DNA of 35,039 nt from Candidatus Nomurabacteria bacterium RIFOXYD2_FULL_35_12 (GCA_001786365.1 MFWK01000001.1:1-35039); one strand, 5' to 3'; positions 24,526 to 33,011 are shown, counted from the stretch's first letter. The notes: generated from the sequence alone by a model not told the origin. A program made the numbers and translations.

Positions 24526-24561
24526 GGACTATTTTAGCCTTTAAAATATGGGTATTTTTTG

Positions 24562-24643
24562 TGGGCAAGGGGGGACTCGAACCCCCACCCCTTACGGGAT
24601 CAGTTCCTAAGACTGAAGCGGCTACCAATTACGCCACTTGCCC
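24562..24643 (-). tRNA. tRNA-Leu (anticodon TAG)
   Basis: rc reads GGGCAAGTGGCGTAATTGGTAG...TCAGT-CTTAGGA-ACTGA, long variable arm, GGGGG-TTCGAGT-CCCCC, CTTGCCC-A. Confidence 0.9.
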
Positions 24644-24844
24644 AAGATATTTTGCACGTTCCTACTTTGTGGTCACAAGTATTTTTCTACTGAAAAATCT
24701 CGCGACCCCGTCTCGGCATCGTCATGCCTATGGCTCGCACAAAATTTTGTGGTCAGGAATATTTTGCTCGTCGACACTCACAAAATTTCACGATCCTGCC
24801 TCGGTTGTTTTTTTGCAGAAAAAACATACCTCCGGCTCGCCCTA

Positions 24845-24880
24845 GTCAGAAAAATTAAAAGCAGTTTTAATTTTTCTGAC
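24845..24880. other. perfect 16-bp hairpin between tRNA-Lys and tRNA-Leu
   Basis: GTCAGAAAAATTAAAA-gcag-TTTTAATTTTTCTGAC. Confidence 0.7.
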
Positions 24881-24884
24881 CTAG

Positions 24885-24957
24885 TGCGCCCACCAGGGAT
24901 CGAACCTGGGACATTCTCCTTAAGAGGGAGCTACTCTACCAGCTGAGTTATGGGCGC
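24885..24957 (-). tRNA. tRNA-Lys (anticodon CTT)
   Basis: rc reads GCGCCCATAACTCAGCTGGTAGAGTA-GCTCC-CTCTTAA-GGAGA-ATGTC-CCAGG-TTCGATC-CCTGG-TGGGCGC-A. Confidence 0.9.
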
Positions 24958-24976
24958 ATATATTTATTCAGTTGTG

Positions 24977-25058
24977 TGCCCGAGGTGGGAATCGAACCCA
25001 CATCCCTTACGGGACACCATTTTAAGTGGTGCGCGTATACCAATTCCGCCACTCGGGC
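24977..25058 (-). tRNA. tRNA-Leu (anticodon TAA)
   Basis: rc reads GCCCGAGTGGCGGAATTGGTA...CACCA-CTTAAAA-TGGTG, long variable arm, GTGGG-TTCGATT-CCCAC, CTCGGGC-A. Confidence 0.9.
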
Positions 25059-25090
25059 ATTTCCTAAAAATATCTTAACATTTTTTAGGG

Positions 25091-25162
25091 AGGCCTGGGG
25101 CGGAATTGAACCGCCGTATATTCCTTTTGCAGAGGAATGCCTTACCACTTGGCTACCAGGCC
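25091..25162 (-). tRNA. tRNA-Cys (anticodon GCA)
   Basis: rc reads GGCCTGGTAGCCAAGTGGTAAGGCA-TTCCT-CTGCAAA-AGGAA-...GGCGG-TTCAATT-CCGCC-CCAGGCC-T. Confidence 0.9.
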
Positions 25163-25174
25163 TTAATCAATATC

Positions 25175-25522
25175 CTACTTTTCTCTTAGCAATTCGTCAA
25201 TTTTTTGTCTGTGCTTTTCTCCTAGGTCAATAGCAATATCTATAAAGGGAATATTTTTTGTCGTCATAATCTTTTTCAAGAATTCTCGCAATTCGGGTCT
25301 TTTGCGTTTTGCAAATTCTAAAGCTGGTTTTTCTTTTTCAGTAGGGAAGACAGTTATAAATATTGTGGCTCGTTTCAAGTCAGGGGAACAAGAGGCTCCC
25401 GTCACAGTGATGAGTGAAGTTCTATTATTTTCTCTTCCTAAAAATTCCGCGGTTAGTTCTTTTAGGTGATTGGCTACTTTTTCCTGCCTGCCGGTAGGCA
25501 GGGCATTTCCTTGATTAATCAT
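25175..25522 (-). CDS. rbfA: ribosome-binding factor A
   Basis: 115 aa. KVANHLKELTAEFL...LITVTGASCSPDLKRATIFITVF matches the RbfA KH-like core. Sits immediately downstream of infB. Confidence 0.8.
   Translation of the reverse strand: MINQGNALPTGRQEKVANHLKELTAEFLGRENNRTSLITVTGASCSPDLKRATIFITVFPTEKEKPALEFAKRKRPELREFLKKIMTTKNIPFIDIAIDLGEKHRQKIDELLREK
25483..25503. repeat. family C copy 2, in-frame in rbfA (gene on opposite strand to copy 1)
   Basis: cctgcctgccggtaggcaggg, identical to the 21-nt core in murD. Translated on the minus strand as LPTGRQE. Confidence 0.75.
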
Positions 25523-25523
25523 T

Positions 25524-27047
25524 TTATTTTTGGGCTATGGAAAATAATTCTATGACGTCACCGGAAGCGACTTCTATTTTTGATTCGAGCATCATACCAA
25601 ATTCTAAACCTTCTTCTACAGTGCTAGTTTTTACTTTACTTTTTTCCAGATTTACGATTTTTCCTCGTCCTATTTCAAATTCTCGGCGCATTATTTTTAC
25701 TGTTCCATTTAAAAGCATTTGGCCTTCGATTACTTTTCCGCCGATTATCTGGCGTTCTTTTGTGCGACTAAAAGCTCGGATTATCTTTGCTCGTCCTGTG
25801 GTTTCTACTGTTTCCACTCTGGGTCTTCTTTTTTCCATTTCTTCTTCGAGCCATTCAGTCATTTTGTAAATGATATCAAAGAAAGAGATGGAAATATTTC
25901 TTTTTTTAGCAATTTCTTCAGCGCTCTTGTCGGCTTTTACGTTGAATCCGATGATGATTGCATTTTCACCATCTGAAATATTTTTTATATCTGATTCGGA
26001 AATCGGGCCCACACCTTTTGTTATAATTTTAAATTCTGCATTTTCTACTTTTCCTTGGCATTTTATTTTTGCTATTTCTTTTTCTATAGCTTCCAAGGAA
26101 CCAGAAACATCGGCTTTGAGCAATATGGGTATTAACTTTTTTCCTGTTTCATCAGAGCTTTTTGTATTTGTATTTTTTATTTCTTTTCCTTTAAAACATT
26201 CCATGTATTCCAAAGCATCTTTTTTATTTTTAAAAGTCTTAAAAGGTGCTCCGACTCTAGGCAATTTATCAAAACCACAAAGGCGGATAGGGGAAGAGAA
26301 AGAAGCATTCTCTATCATTTTTCCTTTAAAATCTTGAATTATGCGGGTAGAAGTTGTACTGTCTTCCACAACTACAGTCATACCTTTTTTTATTGTGCCA
26401 TTTTTTATAAGCAAAGTGGCTTGGATTCCGCGTTTTGAATCTAGGTCTGCTTCTATGACGAAACCTGAAGCATCTTCTTCGGTATTTCCGGTAAAGTTTT
26501 CCATTTCGGATAAAATCAAAATTAAAGACAAGAGATTATCTACACCTGTGCCTGTTTTTGCGGAAATTTCCACATAAGGAATTTTGCCTCCATAATTTTC
26601 TAGATAAACTTCATTTTCTGCCAGTTCATTTTTTGTTTTTTCTATATTTGCATTTGGCTTGTCTATTTTATTTATAGCCACAATAGAAGGTATCTTTGTT
26701 TCAACAATTGTTTTCCATGCTTCAACTGTTTGCGGTTTTACTCCGTCTTCGGCGGAAACAATCAAGATGGCAATGTCGGCAATGAGTGCTCCTCGTTCAC
26801 GCATTTTAGAAAAAGCTGCATGTCCGGGTGTGTCCAAGAATGTGATTTTTTTGTCTTTTCCTTCTTCGTCTTTATGTATAACTTCATAAGCGGAAATATT
26901 TTGAGTAATTCCTCCGGCTTCATTTTCGGTGACATTCGTTTTTCTGATATAGTCGAGAAGGGTGGACTTGCCATGGTCAATATGTCCCATAATTACTACG
27001 ACAGGCGGGCGAGTTATTTTATTTTCTTTTTGTCTTTTTTCTTGCAT
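25524..27047 (-). CDS. infB: translation initiation factor IF-2 (short N-terminus)
   Basis: VVVIMGHIDHGKSTLLD, DTPGHAAF, NKIDK. IF-2 domain order. Confidence 0.95.
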   Translation of the reverse strand: MQEKRQKENKITRPPVVVIMGHIDHGKSTLLDYIRKTNVTENEAGGITQNISAYEVIHKDEEGKDKKITFLDTPGHAAFSKMRERGALIADIAILIVSAEDGVKPQTVEAWKTIVETKIPSIVAINKIDKPNANIEKTKNELAENEVYLENYGGKIPYVEISAKTGTGVDNLLSLILILSEMENFTGNTEEDASGFVIEADLDSKRGIQATLLIKNGTIKKGMTVVVEDSTTSTRIIQDFKGKMIENASFSSPIRLCGFDKLPRVGAPFKTFKNKKDALEYMECFKGKEIKNTNTKSSDETGKKLIPILLKADVSGSLEAIEKEIAKIKCQGKVENAEFKIITKGVGPISESDIKNISDGENAIIIGFNVKADKSAEEIAKKRNISISFFDIIYKMTEWLEEEMEKRRPRVETVETTGRAKIIRAFSRTKERQIIGGKVIEGQMLLNGTVKIMRREFEIGRGKIVNLEKSKVKTSTVEEGLEFGMMLESKIEVASGDVIELFSIAQK

Positions 27048-27082
27048 TTTACTTTATAACTTTCTACTTTATGAACTTTTAA
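27048..27082 (-). promoter_or_regulatory. AAAGTT(T)AT tandem cassette (minus strand) before infB
   Basis: rc reads gtttaaaagttcataaagtagaaagttataaagtaaa then ATG. Fills the gap between the DUF4446-like stop and the infB start. Confidence 0.55.
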
Positions 27083-27083
27083 A

Positions 27084-27551
27084 CTATTTCACTTCTGCTT
27101 TCTTTAAGGCCTCTTTTTCTTCAGTACTTAATTCGTATTCTGATTTGTTGTTTTTAATAGGCTTGGCAAAGATGCTCATCCTTTCACGGGAATATAAACT
27201 GGAGAGGACTACGCCACTACCTTCTTCATCCAGCATTCCGATAGCGAAACTTTGGTTACTACCTTGATCGGAAAATGGATTGAAACGTATGGTTTCAAGT
27301 CCTCGAATGCTTTTTTTGAGTTTATTATTTATCACAACTACATCTTTTTGAATATTTTCTTTTGCCTTTTTTAAATCAACGATGTCTTTTTCTAAACTTA
27401 CAATTGTGTCTTCCAAGTCTTTTGCTTTTTTACCGAGGAAAAATCTTTTTAAGCGTTTTTCTGTGATAATAGCCCAGATAATACCTAAAAGAATGAGGAA
27501 AGTGGTTATTCCGCTAAAAATAAAAAAAGCAACTTCAAGCTTTGTATTCAT
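27084..27551 (-). CDS. DUF4446-like membrane-anchored coiled-coil protein
   Basis: N-terminal TM, coiled coil, then RFNPFSDQGSNQSFAIGMLDEEGSGVVLSSLYSRE, as I recall for DUF4446. Confidence 0.5.
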   Translation of the reverse strand: MNTKLEVAFFIFSGITTFLILLGIIWAIITEKRLKRFFLGKKAKDLEDTIVSLEKDIVDLKKAKENIQKDVVVINNKLKKSIRGLETIRFNPFSDQGSNQSFAIGMLDEEGSGVVLSSLYSRERMSIFAKPIKNNKSEYELSTEEKEALKKAEVK

Positions 27552-27575
27552 ACATAGATAATATATACTATTTTT

Positions 27576-28802
27576 ATGGTTAAATCAAACATGAATTTTT
27601 CAAAAAAACCTCGGAAAATATATATGGATTATGCTTCTAGCGCAGAAGCGAACCCTAGTTCTATACATTCTTTTGGGGTGAAAGCAAAAGCTGAATTACA
27701 AAATGCCCGTAAGGACGTGGCGAAAGTTTTAAATGCTCATATGGATGAAATAATCTTTACGAGCGGGGGAACGGAGAGTAATAATCTTGCAATACAGGGA
27801 GTTTTAAGAGCGGTTAAGGAAAAACTTCCGCATATAATAACAACGAACATAGAACATCCTTCAGTCCTTGAAACTTTTAAGCTTATGGAAAAAAGAGAGT
27901 TGGCGGAGATTTCTATCGTGCCAGTTGAAATAAACGGAATAGTAGATCCTAAAAAAATAAAAAAAGAAATAAAAAAAAATACAGTGTTGGTGTCTGTGAT
28001 GTATGTAAATAATGAAATCGGTACAATCCAGCCAATTCGGGAGATAGCAAAAGAAATTCGGCATTGGAAGAAAAAAAGGTCGCGCTCCCAAGTCTCTAAA
28101 ACTTCACCTTTTCCTGTTTTTCACACTGATGCAGTACAGGCGGTAAATTATTTAGATTTGAATGTAGAGGCATTGGGCGTAGATTTACTTTCATTATCCG
28201 GTTCAAAAATAGAAGGGGCAGGTAGGGTGGGGGTTCTTTATAAAAGGCGCGGAACACAGATTGAAAATATTTTTGGCGGAGGAGGTCAGGAATTTGGATT
28301 GCGTCCTGGGACAGAAAATCTACCGGAAATTATAAAATTTTCTGAAGCATTGGAGTTAGTTCAAAAAATTAAAGAAAAAGAAGTAAAAAGGTTAACAAAA
28401 CTTCGAGATTATTTTATTGCTAAATTGTCAAAGATGCCCTTTGACATTAAATTAAATGGTGATTTGGAAAATAGATTACCAAATAATGTAAACATTTCTA
28501 TTCCAAATATTCCGAGCGATCTTTTGGTTATAGAATTATCTGCTAGGGGAATAATGGCTTCTGAAAAAAGCGCTTGCGAGTCAGGAGACGGAAAAGCTTC
28601 ATATGTCATAAAAGCAATTCGTCCTGAAATAAAACCTGCCCGCAATGCTTTCAGCATAGCTGATGCAGGCGGGGAAAATGATGGCTCTTTGCGATTTTCT
28701 ATGGGCAGGCAAACGACAAAAAAAGATATTGATTATACTTTAAAATCTCTGTCTAAAATTTTGACTAAATTAAAAAAATGGTATACCCCTACACCTATTT
28801 AG
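27576..28802 (+). CDS. cysteine desulfurase (NifS/IscS-like, class V aminotransferase)
   Basis: FTSGGTESNN, HTDAVQA, SGSK (PLP Lys), SACESG active-site loop, LRFSMG. The start could be the internal MNFSKK. Confidence 0.85.
   Translation: MVKSNMNFSKKPRKIYMDYASSAEANPSSIHSFGVKAKAELQNARKDVAKVLNAHMDEIIFTSGGTESNNLAIQGVLRAVKEKLPHIITTNIEHPSVLETFKLMEKRELAEISIVPVEINGIVDPKKIKKEIKKNTVLVSVMYVNNEIGTIQPIREIAKEIRHWKKKRSRSQVSKTSPFPVFHTDAVQAVNYLDLNVEALGVDLLSLSGSKIEGAGRVGVLYKRRGTQIENIFGGGGQEFGLRPGTENLPEIIKFSEALELVQKIKEKEVKRLTKLRDYFIAKLSKMPFDIKLNGDLENRLPNNVNISIPNIPSDLLVIELSARGIMASEKSACESGDGKASYVIKAIRPEIKPARNAFSIADAGGENDGSLRFSMGRQTTKKDIDYTLKSLSKILTKLKKWYTPTPI
28632..28675 (+). repeat. family B copy 2, in-frame in the cysteine desulfurase gene
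   Basis: aaacctgcccgcaatgctttcagcatagctgatgcaggcgggga. Translated KPARNAFSIADAGG. Differs from the secA copy only in the 3-nt loop. Confidence 0.8.
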
Positions 28803-28853
28803 TTTTTTTATTTTATATATTTTTTTTGACTAAAAATAGGTGTGGGGGTATAC
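28781..28853. repeat. 20-bp inverted repeat related to family D, spanning a gene end and the next promoter
   Basis: gtatacccctacacctattt, 33-nt AT spacer, aaataggtgtgggggtatac (19/20). The left arm encodes the last codons plus the stop of the desulfurase. The right arm lies between -35 and -10 of the next gene. Confidence 0.75.
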
Positions 28854-28854
28854 T
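28826..28854 (+). promoter_or_regulatory. promoter giving a leaderless-type transcript for 28861 gene
   Basis: TTGACT (28826-31), 17-nt spacer, TATACT (28849-54), 6 nt, ATG 28861. No SD. Confidence 0.55.
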
Positions 28855-28860
28855 TGATTC

Positions 28861-29661
28861 ATGGATATCAAAGATTTAAATAAAGCACAGCTTATATTGC
28901 TCGCAGTTCTCCTTTCTTTTGTCACTTCTATCGTGACGGGTATAACGACTGTGACTTTAATGCAACAAGCTCCAGCATCTTTTACTGTTCCGGTTAATCG
29001 AGTTATCAGACAAACAGTTGAGAAAATTCAACAAGTAGAAGGCAAGACCACTGTGCAAACAGTAATAGTTAAAGAAGAAGATTTGGTGGTGGATGCTTTG
29101 GCAAAAAATAAATCAGCTGTTTTTTTTGTTAGCAAAGAAATTCTTGGTTTAGATGGCCTTCCGATAGAGGTTTCAGTTGGTAAAGGTTTTGCTGTTTCTT
29201 CCGATGGCATAGTCGTTGTTGATGGCGCTTCTGTATTCGATAAGGGAATTTATTTTGTAAAAAATGATAGTGGAAAGTTTAAAGCAGAATTTGTTTCAAT
29301 AGACAATATAGGTTTTGCTTTTTTAAAGATAGGTGCTCCGCTTGATGAAAAAGATAAAGTTAGCTTTACAGTACCTAATTTTGGAGATTTAGAAAAGATA
29401 AAAATTGGACAAAAGATTTTAATTTCAGGTAATACGATATCTTCGTTTATTTTTGATGGAAATAAAGATATAAATATTAGTGTTGCAAAATCAAATAGCG
29501 GATCAATAGTTCTAAACTTAGACGGAGATGTTTTAGGTATGGTTTTGTCTGAAGAGAGTTCACCTTTTGTTTCGATTGATGTTATAGTCAATGCTTTGAA
29601 TGTTATAAATGGAGAAAATACTTTGCCAGCTACTCCTGTTCTTGCGCCTATCACACAATAA
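28861..29661 (+). CDS. membrane-anchored trypsin-like (HtrA-like) domain protein, catalytic His not evident
   Basis: N-terminal TM. GKGFAVSSDGIVVV and KSNSGSIVLNLDGDVLGMV resemble the S1C protease GSGF...TN.HV / GNSGGPL motifs, but the His motif is absent. Confidence 0.45.
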   Translation: MDIKDLNKAQLILLAVLLSFVTSIVTGITTVTLMQQAPASFTVPVNRVIRQTVEKIQQVEGKTTVQTVIVKEEDLVVDALAKNKSAVFFVSKEILGLDGLPIEVSVGKGFAVSSDGIVVVDGASVFDKGIYFVKNDSGKFKAEFVSIDNIGFAFLKIGAPLDEKDKVSFTVPNFGDLEKIKIGQKILISGNTISSFIFDGNKDINISVAKSNSGSIVLNLDGDVLGMVLSEESSPFVSIDVIVNALNVINGENTLPATPVLAPITQ

Positions 29662-29670
29662 ATATCACGC

Positions 29671-29700
29671 TTGACACATATAGTATAATATAAATATACT
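29671..29700 (+). promoter_or_regulatory. candidate clpB promoter
   Basis: TTGACA (29671-76), 18-nt spacer, TATACT (29695-29700). Confidence 0.45.
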
Positions 29701-29776
29701 TGTCCCGTACTAAATTTTTTTATTACTGGATATAAAGAAAAAGATAAAGATTATTAATTAAAATTTTAGTATCGGG

Positions 29777-32455
29777 ATGCCACCTTTAAACAAATTTACA
29801 ACTAAATCAAAGGATGCTATTAAGAAGGCACACGAGCTCGCTATTGAGCGCGGGGTAAACCATGTTTCTTCACTTCATTTATTGGCAGCTCTTCTACTGC
29901 AAGAAGAAAGTATGGTGAATTCTATTTTAGACAAGTTGGAAATAGACACGATGCTTTTGACCGATAATGTTTTGGAATTGATTGAATTGCCAGAGAGTCG
30001 CAATACCGTTTCTCCTTCTTACCAGATTTATCTTAATCCTGACTTAGCGCAAGTCATAGAGCAATCAGCAAAATTAGCGGAATCAATGAAAGATGATTTT
30101 GTTTCTACTGAGCATCTGTTTATTGCGATCTTGGAAGTAACGAGCGAGGCGCGTGAGACTTTGGCGCGATTTAGAATTCACAAAGATTCTGTGATGAAAG
30201 TTTTAGAAGAATTACGAAGTCAAAATATTACGGATGTTACAGAGCCGAAGAAATTTAAATTGCTTTTAAAATATACTCGTAATTTAACAAAGCTAGCGAA
30301 AGAAGACAAACTCGATCCTGTAATCGGCCGAGACAATGAAATAACTCGCATAATGCAGATTTTGAGTAGAAGGACAAAGAATAATCCTATTTTAATAGGA
30401 GAAGCTGGTACAGGAAAGACTGCAGTGGTGGAAGGCCTTGCGCAAATGATTATAAAAGGGAATGTTCCGGAATCTTTAAAAGATAAAGAACTCGTTTCTC
30501 TGGATTTAGGGCTTCTCGTTGCTGGCACAAAATATCGTGGAGAGTTTGAAGAAAGATTAAAAGGTATTATGAAAGAAATAGAAAGGTCTGATGGAAAAGT
30601 AATTCTTTTTATTGATGAAATACATACTATCGTCGGTGCTGGTGGAGCAGAGGGAACGATGGATGCTTCAAATATGTTGAAACCAGCTTTATCTCGTGGA
30701 GAATTGCGGGCTATTGGCGCTACGACATTGCGAGAATATCAAAAACATATTGAAAAAGATCCTGCTTTGGCTAGGCGTTTTCAGCCTGTTTACATAGATG
30801 AACCAGGAGTAGAAGATGCGATTGCGATTTTGCGCGGATTAAAAGAAAAGTATGAACTTTTTCATGGTGTTCGAATTACTGATGACGCCATTGTGGCTTC
30901 GGTAAATCTTTCTACACGTTATATTACTAATAGATTTTTACCGGACAAAGCGGTGGATTTGATAGACGAAGCTTCTTCTTCTCTTAAAATAATGTTGGAA
31001 AATAAACCACCAGTTTTAGAAGATGCACATAGAAAAATAATGCGTTTGGAAATTGAAAAAGAAGCGTTAAAGAAAGAACAGACAAAAAATCGCGATATAA
31101 AGAACAGATTGAAAGAAGTAGATAAAGAAATAGGTAATTTGCGAGAAAAAACAAAAGAGCTCGAATTAAAATGGCAAAATGAGAAATCTACAGTAGTTGA
31201 AATCAGGGCTATAAAAAAAGATCTTGAAGGTTTGCGTCTAGAAGCAGAGAGTGCGGAAATGCGAGCAGACCTAGCTCGCGCTGCGGAAATACGTTATGGA
31301 AAAATTCCTGCTTTGAAAAAAGATTTAGAAGTAAAACTTCTACGATTAAAAAAATTGCAAAAATCACGTAGAATTTTGAAAGAAGAAATTACTGCTGAAG
31401 ATATCGCCGAGGTTGTCGCTCGTTGGACGGGTATACCGCTTACTAAAATGTTGGAAGAAGAACGCGCGAAACTTGAGAAGATGGAAATTGAATTAAAAAA
31501 GCGAGTTATTGGACAAGAGGAAGCCATCTCGCGCGTATCTGATGTTATTAGACGCTCTCGCGCAGGTATCGGAGATCCAAATAGACCCATTGGGAGTTTC
31601 ATCTTTTTAGGTCCGACTGGAGTCGGAAAGACAGAACTTACAAAAGCTCTTGGGCAATTTATGTTTAATGATGAGAAAGCCATTATCCGTGTAGATATGT
31701 CCGAATATATGGAGAGACACTCAGTTTCAAAACTTGTTGGTTCTCCGCCGGGATATGTAGGTTATGATGAAGCTGGGCAATTGACCGAAGCGGTCAGGCA
31801 TAGGCCTTATGCTGTGATACTTTTTGATGAAATAGAAAAAGCTCATCCGGAAGTTTTTAACATACTTCTTTCGGTTATTGATGAAGGAAGATTGACGGAT
31901 GGTAAAGGTAGAATTGTAAACTTCAAGAATACAATTATTATTTTAACTTCAAATATTGGCTCGCAATTTGTGGAAAAGATGGAAGCTATAGGATTTTCTA
32001 ATAATTCTAAAAAGACAGATTATAGCAATATGAAAGAAAAAGTTCTGGAAGCATTAAAAGATAATTTCCGACCGGAGTTTTTAAATCGTTTGGATGAAAT
32101 TGTTGTTTTTGATGTTCTTTCTGAAGAAGCAATAAAAGGAATTGTTGATTTAAGAATGGAAGTAGTAAAAGATCGCTTGAATAGTAAAGGTATTAATTTG
32201 GAAATTAACGAAGAAGCTTTACTACTCTTGGCAAAAGAAGGTTACGATCCGCATTTTGGCGCAAGACCACTCAATCGTTTGATTCAAAGTAAGATTTTGA
32301 ATCCTGTGGCTTCATATATCATTTCAAATGGAATCAAAAAAGGGGACACAGTCAGTGTGTCAGTAAAGGGGACAGAATTATTGATTGAAACAAAAAAAGG
32401 CCACGCTGGTAAAATCAAAAGCTCAATTCGCATACAATCACGCTCTGAAGTTTAA
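29777..32455 (+). CDS. clpB: ATP-dependent chaperone ClpB
   Basis: Clp_N repeats, two AAA+ modules (GEAGTGKT; GPTGVGKT), and a long coiled-coil middle domain between them. Confidence 0.95.
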   Translation: MPPLNKFTTKSKDAIKKAHELAIERGVNHVSSLHLLAALLLQEESMVNSILDKLEIDTMLLTDNVLELIELPESRNTVSPSYQIYLNPDLAQVIEQSAKLAESMKDDFVSTEHLFIAILEVTSEARETLARFRIHKDSVMKVLEELRSQNITDVTEPKKFKLLLKYTRNLTKLAKEDKLDPVIGRDNEITRIMQILSRRTKNNPILIGEAGTGKTAVVEGLAQMIIKGNVPESLKDKELVSLDLGLLVAGTKYRGEFEERLKGIMKEIERSDGKVILFIDEIHTIVGAGGAEGTMDASNMLKPALSRGELRAIGATTLREYQKHIEKDPALARRFQPVYIDEPGVEDAIAILRGLKEKYELFHGVRITDDAIVASVNLSTRYITNRFLPDKAVDLIDEASSSLKIMLENKPPVLEDAHRKIMRLEIEKEALKKEQTKNRDIKNRLKEVDKEIGNLREKTKELELKWQNEKSTVVEIRAIKKDLEGLRLEAESAEMRADLARAAEIRYGKIPALKKDLEVKLLRLKKLQKSRRILKEEITAEDIAEVVARWTGIPLTKMLEEERAKLEKMEIELKKRVIGQEEAISRVSDVIRRSRAGIGDPNRPIGSFIFLGPTGVGKTELTKALGQFMFNDEKAIIRVDMSEYMERHSVSKLVGSPPGYVGYDEAGQLTEAVRHRPYAVILFDEIEKAHPEVFNILLSVIDEGRLTDGKGRIVNFKNTIIILTSNIGSQFVEKMEAIGFSNNSKKTDYSNMKEKVLEALKDNFRPEFLNRLDEIVVFDVLSEEAIKGIVDLRMEVVKDRLNSKGINLEINEEALLLLAKEGYDPHFGARPLNRLIQSKILNPVASYIISNGIKKGDTVSVSVKGTELLIETKKGHAGKIKSSIRIQSRSEV

Positions 32456-32505
32456 AATTTTTTAAAAGATGCAAAAAAGTCTTTTTTGTGATATTTTGTA
32501 TGCAT

Positions 32506-32588
32506 GCGTCGATGGTAGAGTGGTCAAATACGACACGCTGTAAACGTGTTGCCTTCGGGCTTCGGGGGTTCGAATCCCTCTCGACGCA
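32506..32588 (+). tRNA. tRNA-Tyr (anticodon GTA)
   Basis: GCGTCGA...ACACG-CTGTAAA-CGTGT, long variable arm TGCCTTCGGGCTTC, GGGGG-TTCGAAT-CCCTC, TCGACGC-A. Confidence 0.9.
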
Positions 32589-32592
32589 CAAA

Positions 32593-32628
32593 ATTAAAAA
32601 AACTAGGTTTCTGCTTAGTTTTTTTAAT
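32593..32628 (+). terminator. hairpin after tRNA-Tyr
   Basis: ATTAAAAAAACTA-ggtttctgct-TAGTTTTTTTAAT (13-bp stem). Confidence 0.6.
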
Positions 32629-32769
32629 TTATGTCTCGTCGTAAGCAAGCGAACTGCTTCGCTTGCGTGGGGGATTCGAACGACGGAATATAAATTTTCA
32701 GTAGAAAATTTTATGAGTCGGTGCCCAGACAAAGTTTTGCGACGGTAAAACTTTAGTCGAGGGAGAAAT

Positions 32770-32787
32770 TCCCTCTCGACGCACAAA
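32770..32787 (+). repeat. 18-nt duplicate of the tRNA-Tyr 3' end (T-stem plus acceptor plus 4 nt)
   Basis: tccctctcgacgcacaaa is identical to 32575-32592. It is preceded by a T-arm-like GAGGG-AGAAATT-CCCTC. Confidence 0.8.
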
Positions 32788-32892
32788 TACTTGTTATTTT
32801 CTAAAAAGTATGTTATTATCAAAACAGTTTGAAAAGGCCTTTGGGGCTTTTTTCTTTCATTAAACAAAATTTATTTATATAACAAAATGGAT

Positions 32893-33011
32893 CCCGTTAG
32901 AAGCCGCGATCGCAATACAAATATAAACAAAAATATGAAAACAAATATTGGAAAAATTAATAACATAATATATCAGACACGCGAGTTGATCGCGATCTGC
33001 TTCTAAACGGG
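32893..33011 (+). promoter_or_regulatory. closed leader element CCCGTTAGAAGC...GCTTCTAAACGGG-ATG before typA
   Basis: 5' arm 32893-32904 pairs with 3' arm 32999-33011, which abuts ATG 33012. An inner CGCGATC/GATCGCG extension is present. Confidence 0.55.

Noticed and set aside
21320-24530. G+C-rich island as a giant structured ncRNA (GOLLD/ROOL-like, often near tRNAs) rather than genes.
   Set aside because: Stop-free runs of 290 and 252 codons with membrane-protein periodicity are far better explained as coding. I saw no extended long-range RNA pairing. A covariance-model scan would still be worthwhile.
21320-24530. Island as a simple assembly chimera.
   Set aside because: The G+C-rich parts are interleaved with AT-rich host-like segments. 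The duplicated promoter block and the shared Gly motif link the AT-rich and GC-rich genes. It cannot be excluded without reads, so it is kept as a check in the finding.
24561-25233. ORFs 24561-24845, 24638-24946, 24948-25148 and 24976-25233.
   Set aside because: They run through four well-formed tRNA genes and their spacers, so they are spurious.
31610-31630. Hairpin TCCGAC-tgga-GTCGGA inside clpB, resembling family A arms.
   Set aside because: It encodes the conserved Walker A GPTGVGKT of the second AAA+ module. It is a coding constraint, not an insertion.
32640-32790. Possible tmRNA (GGGGGATTCGAACGACGG recalls the tmRNA 5' GGAUUCGACGG; T-arm-like 3' end).
   Set aside because: No matching 5' acceptor strand (GCGTCGA) for the distal TCGACGC-A. 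No tag reading frame with a resume codon and no canonical T-loop. It is better explained as a duplicated tRNA-Tyr 3' end.
32415-32867. ORFs 32415-32867 (-) and 32488-32748 (+).
   Set aside because: They overlap tRNA-Tyr and the hairpin-rich segment. There are no start context or protein-like features.
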